A stretch of 63,118 nt of DNA from Pseudomonadota bacterium (GTDB lineage: Bacteria; Desulfobacterota; Desulfobacteria; Desulfobacterales; UBA2156). Position 1 is the first letter of the stretch, and every line of letters starts with the position of its first letter. Below, in pieces: positions 60,047-63,118 of this stretch. The stretch lies in assembly GCA_043806755.1 (NCBI GenBank), contig JAZDGS010000013.1, positions 1 through 63,118 of the forward strand. The letters are read 5' to 3'. The translations under genes were made by a program, and so were the position numbers. The notes below the pieces were generated by a model. The model saw only the letters and a program-made list of their open reading frames with translations. It was not told where the DNA came from and ran no database searches.

Positions 60047-61198
60047 GTGAAAACATCCAGAACGCGGGCCATTCTCTTCTGTGTTTCATCTTTTTTTGTC
60101 CTGGCTTTGGGGATCCGGACAGCCGCCGGATGGATGGCGGATTTCTACAACGGCATTCCGCTCCAGGCAAAAAAGAACATTTTCTTCGACGAATTCAAAG
60201 ACAACGCCAATGACTGGAAGTTCCTGACCGAGGGCGCGACCTTGGCCGGCCGGATCGAAAACGGCTGCCTTTACTGGGAGAGCAAAGACAAGTCGGCCTA
60301 CTTCGCTCAGAGGGAAATTGCCATCGATCAAAACGGAAATTTCGAAATCGAAGCGAAAATCAAATACGTCAAAGGGGGGAACCCGGCCACTGGATTCGGG
60401 TTGATTTGGGGTAAGAAGGAAGGCCGTTATTTTATTTTCCAGATCAACGCCAACGGTTCTTATTCCATAGATAAATACGAAGGCGGATGGCAGGCCATCA
60501 AGGATTGGACACGTTCCCCCGTCTTCAACACCCATGATTTTAACAAGCTGACCCTGAGGAAGATGGGCGGCGTCTTCACCTTTTTCCTCAATGAGGAACT
60601 CGTCTGCCGAACGCCCTTCATCCCATTCTTCGGCCCGCTGACCGGCGTCCTCACACCTTCCTATGCAACCATCCTGGTCGATGAATTCCGCGTCTCCGCA
60701 ATCGATAAAACATCAGCTCAAGCCGCGCGAGCGCCGGCAGAAGGCGAAGTTTTCGGCGGCTGGGGGGAGGGCGAAGTGGGAGATTGGATCGAGTATGACT
60801 ATCTTGTCTCGGGATTTGGTGAATACCTGAATTACTCGGCCGTCATGGAAGTCATCGCCGCGAACGACAAGGCTCTGACCATCAAAAAAAGGATCATCGA
60901 CGACAAATTCAAATCCAAATCAACGGAGAAGACCCAGCCGCGCTTCATTAAAAAAGAAGATTTTGAAAAATCTTTAGCGCAATACGGCCGGAAAGAAAAC
61001 ACGGCCATGGTGGAGGTCTCGGGCAAGAAACTCTTGTGTGATGTCTATAAGAAAACGATTAAAACAGAAGACGGAAGCCAAGTTAGCACCTGGACCCATC
61101 TTTGCTGGTATGTCCCCAACTGGCTGGTCCGTATCGTAGTGAACGGGACTGTGGCTTACGATCTCAAATCGTTCAAGAGCAAGCAGCTCAGCAACTAG
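60047..61198 (+). CDS. secreted hypothetical protein, N-terminal lectin/LamG-like (DUF1080-like) guess
   Basis: ORF 59936-61198. GTG at 60047 with AGGAG 8 nt upstream gives a signal peptide MKTSRTRAILFCVSSFFVLALG. The domain guess comes only from a beta-sandwich-like sequence pattern. Confidence 0.5.
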   Translation: MKTSRTRAILFCVSSFFVLALGIRTAAGWMADFYNGIPLQAKKNIFFDEFKDNANDWKFLTEGATLAGRIENGCLYWESKDKSAYFAQREIAIDQNGNFEIEAKIKYVKGGNPATGFGLIWGKKEGRYFIFQINANGSYSIDKYEGGWQAIKDWTRSPVFNTHDFNKLTLRKMGGVFTFFLNEELVCRTPFIPFFGPLTGVLTPSYATILVDEFRVSAIDKTSAQAARAPAEGEVFGGWGEGEVGDWIEYDYLVSGFGEYLNYSAVMEVIAANDKALTIKKRIIDDKFKSKSTEKTQPRFIKKEDFEKSLAQYGRKENTAMVEVSGKKLLCDVYKKTIKTEDGSQVSTWTHLCWYVPNWLVRIVVNGTVAYDLKSFKSKQLSN

Positions 61199-61243
61199 GA
61201 AGAAACGATAAATCGGCCCTAAGACATGCCGTCATGATTCTGT

Positions 61244-61513
61244 TCAGGTCCTTTTTTTCCAGCTGAAAGGCGACCTGAGCCGGGTTTCGACCCAGCGGCG
61301 GTCGATCCTCAAGTGATACTGGCTGTGTTCCATTGAACTTCCGGGATCATGATCGAGCGCCTTCAGATAGCTGGAGAGCGTCTCATCACGCCGGCCCAGG
61401 AGATCCAGGAGATGCCCTCTCCAGGTCCAAGCAGCGAAGAGGAAGATCGGGGAGGGATTCCCCGGCGACTGTTTTGTCGAAGGCATAGTTATGTGCTCTT
61501 TATGCTTCGCCAT
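61244..61513 (-). CDS. TPR-like fragment / hypothetical (possibly a gene remnant)
   Basis: 89 aa containing a single TPR-like unit (AWTWRGHLLDLLGRRDETLSSYLKALDHDPG). Overlaps the upstream gene by 14 nt. Confidence 0.3.
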   Translation of the reverse strand: MAKHKEHITMPSTKQSPGNPSPIFLFAAWTWRGHLLDLLGRRDETLSSYLKALDHDPGSSMEHSQYHLRIDRRWVETRLRSPFSWKKRT

Positions 61514-61907
61514 TTATGAGCAGACCAAAGAACTGGTTTTTCTCTGGATAATACTTCAGGTTAAAGAAACAAGTTCCTCCATCGAGCACGAAAACTATCT
61601 GTTTGTTCAATTTCCACCGTTTGTCATTAATACAGAAAGCATTTACAAAAACGATCTTCTTTCCGTTTTCTTCTTGGCCCTGGTATTGGAAAGTATAGGT
61701 TTTCCATTCTCGGAGTCTGCGACCATCGATCTTGACTTGATCTCTCAAAAACGACTCGATCTGTTCTTTGATTCTTGAGATTGTTTCGGTGTTTGGGACC
61801 CAACTACCTCCCTCAACCATAACCCAACGATTTTCAAGTTCAGCGTTTGCGCCGAAAACGAAGCTGAGCGCTAATGCAACCAAGAATGTTTGGGTGGCCA
61901 GTTTCAT
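61500..61907 (-). CDS. small secreted hypothetical protein
   Basis: 135 aa with signal peptide (FLVALALSFVFGANA). No motif recognised. Confidence 0.5.
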   Translation of the reverse strand: MKLATQTFLVALALSFVFGANAELENRWVMVEGGSWVPNTETISRIKEQIESFLRDQVKIDGRRLREWKTYTFQYQGQEENGKKIVFVNAFCINDKRWKLNKQIVFVLDGGTCFFNLKYYPEKNQFFGLLINGEA

Positions 61908-62034
61908 GAGAGCACATACCTTAATATATTATAGCGACTCATCTTTTTTGCCAAATCGGCCTATATTATTCTAATCATACCAGAGGAAAAAGATTATGCT
62001 ACAAAAATTGCAGCTTTTTGTGGTCATTTAAATG

Positions 62035-62062
62035 ATTATATAGAGTCAATAAAACTTGCCAA
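62035..62062 (-). promoter_or_regulatory. candidate sigma70 promoter reading toward the 135-aa gene
   Basis: On the minus strand: TTGGCA (62062-62057), 16 nt, TATAAT (62040-62035). The -35 lies in the first conserved block of repeat B. Confidence 0.4.
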
Positions 62063-62171
62063 AACGACCAGAATTTCCCCTTATAATCAAAACTGTATCA
62101 TAAAAACGACATTCTCAACAATACAGAAAATCCGGAATTATATCGGTCCATAGCCGGAAACTTCAATTTCA
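62055..62171. repeat. copy B of the ~118-bp diverged direct repeat
   Basis: Same orientation and same four conserved blocks as copy A (59632-59750). Confidence 0.8.
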
Positions 62172-62244
62172 GGTAATAGAAACATACATAATGTATTGTT
62201 GAATTTTAATGGCTGTCAAATGTTACGTTTAGGATAATGATACT

Positions 62245-62305
62245 TGAAAACGGATTTCTCAGGGGCGCGCGGTCTTTGCGCGTCCCTTGAAGAAAAATGT
62301 TATGC
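62245..62305 (-). mobile_element. attC-like imperfect palindrome at the 3' end of the GNAT gene
   Basis: Minus strand: GCATAAC (its TAA is the GNAT stop), then ATTTTTC..GGGACGCGC-AAAGACC-GCGCGCCCC..GAGAAAT, then GTTTTCA. Long bulged stem, 61 bp. Confidence 0.45.
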
Positions 62306-62815
62306 GCTGTCATCATTTCTCAATTCGAAATATTGTTCGTTTACTTCAGTACCCCATTGGATGCCGCTTTGTTGTTTAATGAGCTTAAACCCTACATCTT
62401 CGTATAAGTGTCTCGCTGCATTAAGCCCCTCGAAGGTCCAGAGATATATCTTTTTATAGCCTTTGCTTTTGCAAAAATGGATCGCTCTATTTATTAGTTG
62501 CCTACCCACTCCTTTTCCTCTCAAAGCATCGGATATAATGAACCATCGTAGATGGGCGCCTTCATTTGCGGCATGAATACCATCTATAATAACCGAACCT
62601 TCTGCACGACCATTCAAAGTGGCTATCCAAATTTCATCGCTTTTGTTATCATATCGCCTTAAAAACTCCGAAAGCTCGCTTGCAACTTTTGCCTCAAAAT
62701 AGAGCCCAAACCTCCAATGTCTGTTGTAGTAAGTACCATGAAGTTCAGAAATTCGACCAATTGAACCGGGGATATATCCTCTTTCTATCTTAATTTCTGG
62801 CACAATATCCATCAT
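62300..62815 (-). CDS. GNAT-family N-acetyltransferase
   Basis: 171 aa. Acetyl-CoA motif A LRGKGVGRQLINRAI and the YLWTFEGLNAARHLYEDVGF region. Confidence 0.85.
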   Translation of the reverse strand: MMDIVPEIKIERGYIPGSIGRISELHGTYYNRHWRFGLYFEAKVASELSEFLRRYDNKSDEIWIATLNGRAEGSVIIDGIHAANEGAHLRWFIISDALRGKGVGRQLINRAIHFCKSKGYKKIYLWTFEGLNAARHLYEDVGFKLIKQQSGIQWGTEVNEQYFELRNDDSA

Positions 62816-62827
62816 TAATTAATACCC

Positions 62828-62896
62828 CGCATAACGCCGGCCGTAACCGGTGCGCGGGCGCTTTTCCCGCGCATCCTTGTCCAGCCCGATGTTAGG
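62828..62896 (-). mobile_element. attC-like recombination site upstream of the GNAT gene
   Basis: Minus strand: GCCTAAC (canonical RYYYAAC), then a bulged stem with apex TGCGCGGG-AAAAGCG-CCCGCGCA, then GTTATGC, 12 nt before the GNAT ATG. 69 bp. Confidence 0.5.
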
Positions 62897-63118
62897 CGTC
62901 TTATTCATCTCAAGAAATTCGAAATTGAATCATAGGCCGTATCAAAATTGGAGTTAGTTATTTGAATAGGTTCGCCAAACTGCACTGTTATTCTGGAGGA
63001 TGGTATCGGTCACTTTCGTCGATCCCAATTCTGGATCTCAACGGAAGGTGAGCTTTCGAATCTCATTGGTAAAATCGGAACATTGCTTTGCATTGAAATA
63101 TGAAGAGCTCCTTTCTTC

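Noticed and set aside
59806-60072. 88-aa minus-strand ORF in the long intergenic region
   Set aside because: It has no ribosome-binding context and no motif. It overlaps the probable start and RBS of the 420-aa gene on the other strand.
62226-62244. GTTACGT at about 62222-62228 as an alternative R' core for the downstream attC-like site
   Set aside because: It lies outside the palindromic arms. The stem closes at GAGAAAT/ATTTTTC, so the adjacent GTTTTCA is the positional equivalent.
62300-62815. GNAT as the toxin of a TacT/AtaT-type toxin-antitoxin pair
   Set aside because: No small RHH/DUF1778-type antitoxin ORF precedes it, because the upstream 70 bp is the attC-like palindrome. The sequence resembles the ordinary GNAT family often fused to MarR regulators.
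1-63118. rRNA, tRNA, tmRNA, reverse transcriptase/retron, transposase or integrase genes
   Set aside because: I recognised no T-loop/acceptor patterns or rRNA-like segments in the intergenic regions, and no ORF has RT, DDE, tyrosine- or serine-recombinase motifs. The scan was by eye only, so short RNAs may have been missed.

Overview
This is a chromosomal segment of an anaerobic, Desulfobacterota-like bacterium. That assignment is an inference from gene content (iorAB-paaK, BcrAD/HgdC-type activase fusion, many CoA ligases, TRAP transport). I can support about 55 protein-coding genes. I found no rRNA, tRNA or CRISPR array by eye. From left to right: (1) an arylpyruvate module (iorA, iorB, paaK) followed by two orphan histidine kinases and a second CoA ligase. 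(2) PfkB kinase, trkA and trkH, a decayed sigma54-activator fragment, a DUF3786-like gene and two PilZ proteins. (3) A long housekeeping stretch: efp, guaA, kdsB, larB, a 1465-aa activase/dehydratase-like fusion, aat-clpA-clpS, secA, an M23 peptidase, folD, argC, pyk, holA, lspA and ileS. A deleted liv ABC-transporter remnant interrupts this stretch. (4) A candidate catabolic island: hyuA-hyuB-CoA ligase lies divergent from a GntR regulator plus TRAP transporter, with palindromic operators between them, and is followed by an atypical alpha/beta-fold protein, a receiver protein and a HAD hydrolase. (5) A radical SAM/SPASM gene convergent with an extended YeiH/UPF0324-type transporter operon. 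(6) A visibly AT-richer accessory end (about 59.1-63.1 kb) holding a ~0.95 kb non-coding stretch, two diverged ~118-bp direct repeats around a 2.3 kb module of secreted proteins, and a GNAT gene bounded by attC-like imperfect palindromes. The core 7-mers at the two ends of the GNAT gene are exact reverse complements, which suggests an integron-type gene cassette. No integrase lies in the window. All calls rest on motif recognition in the supplied translations and reading the DNA by eye. No searches or computations were run.
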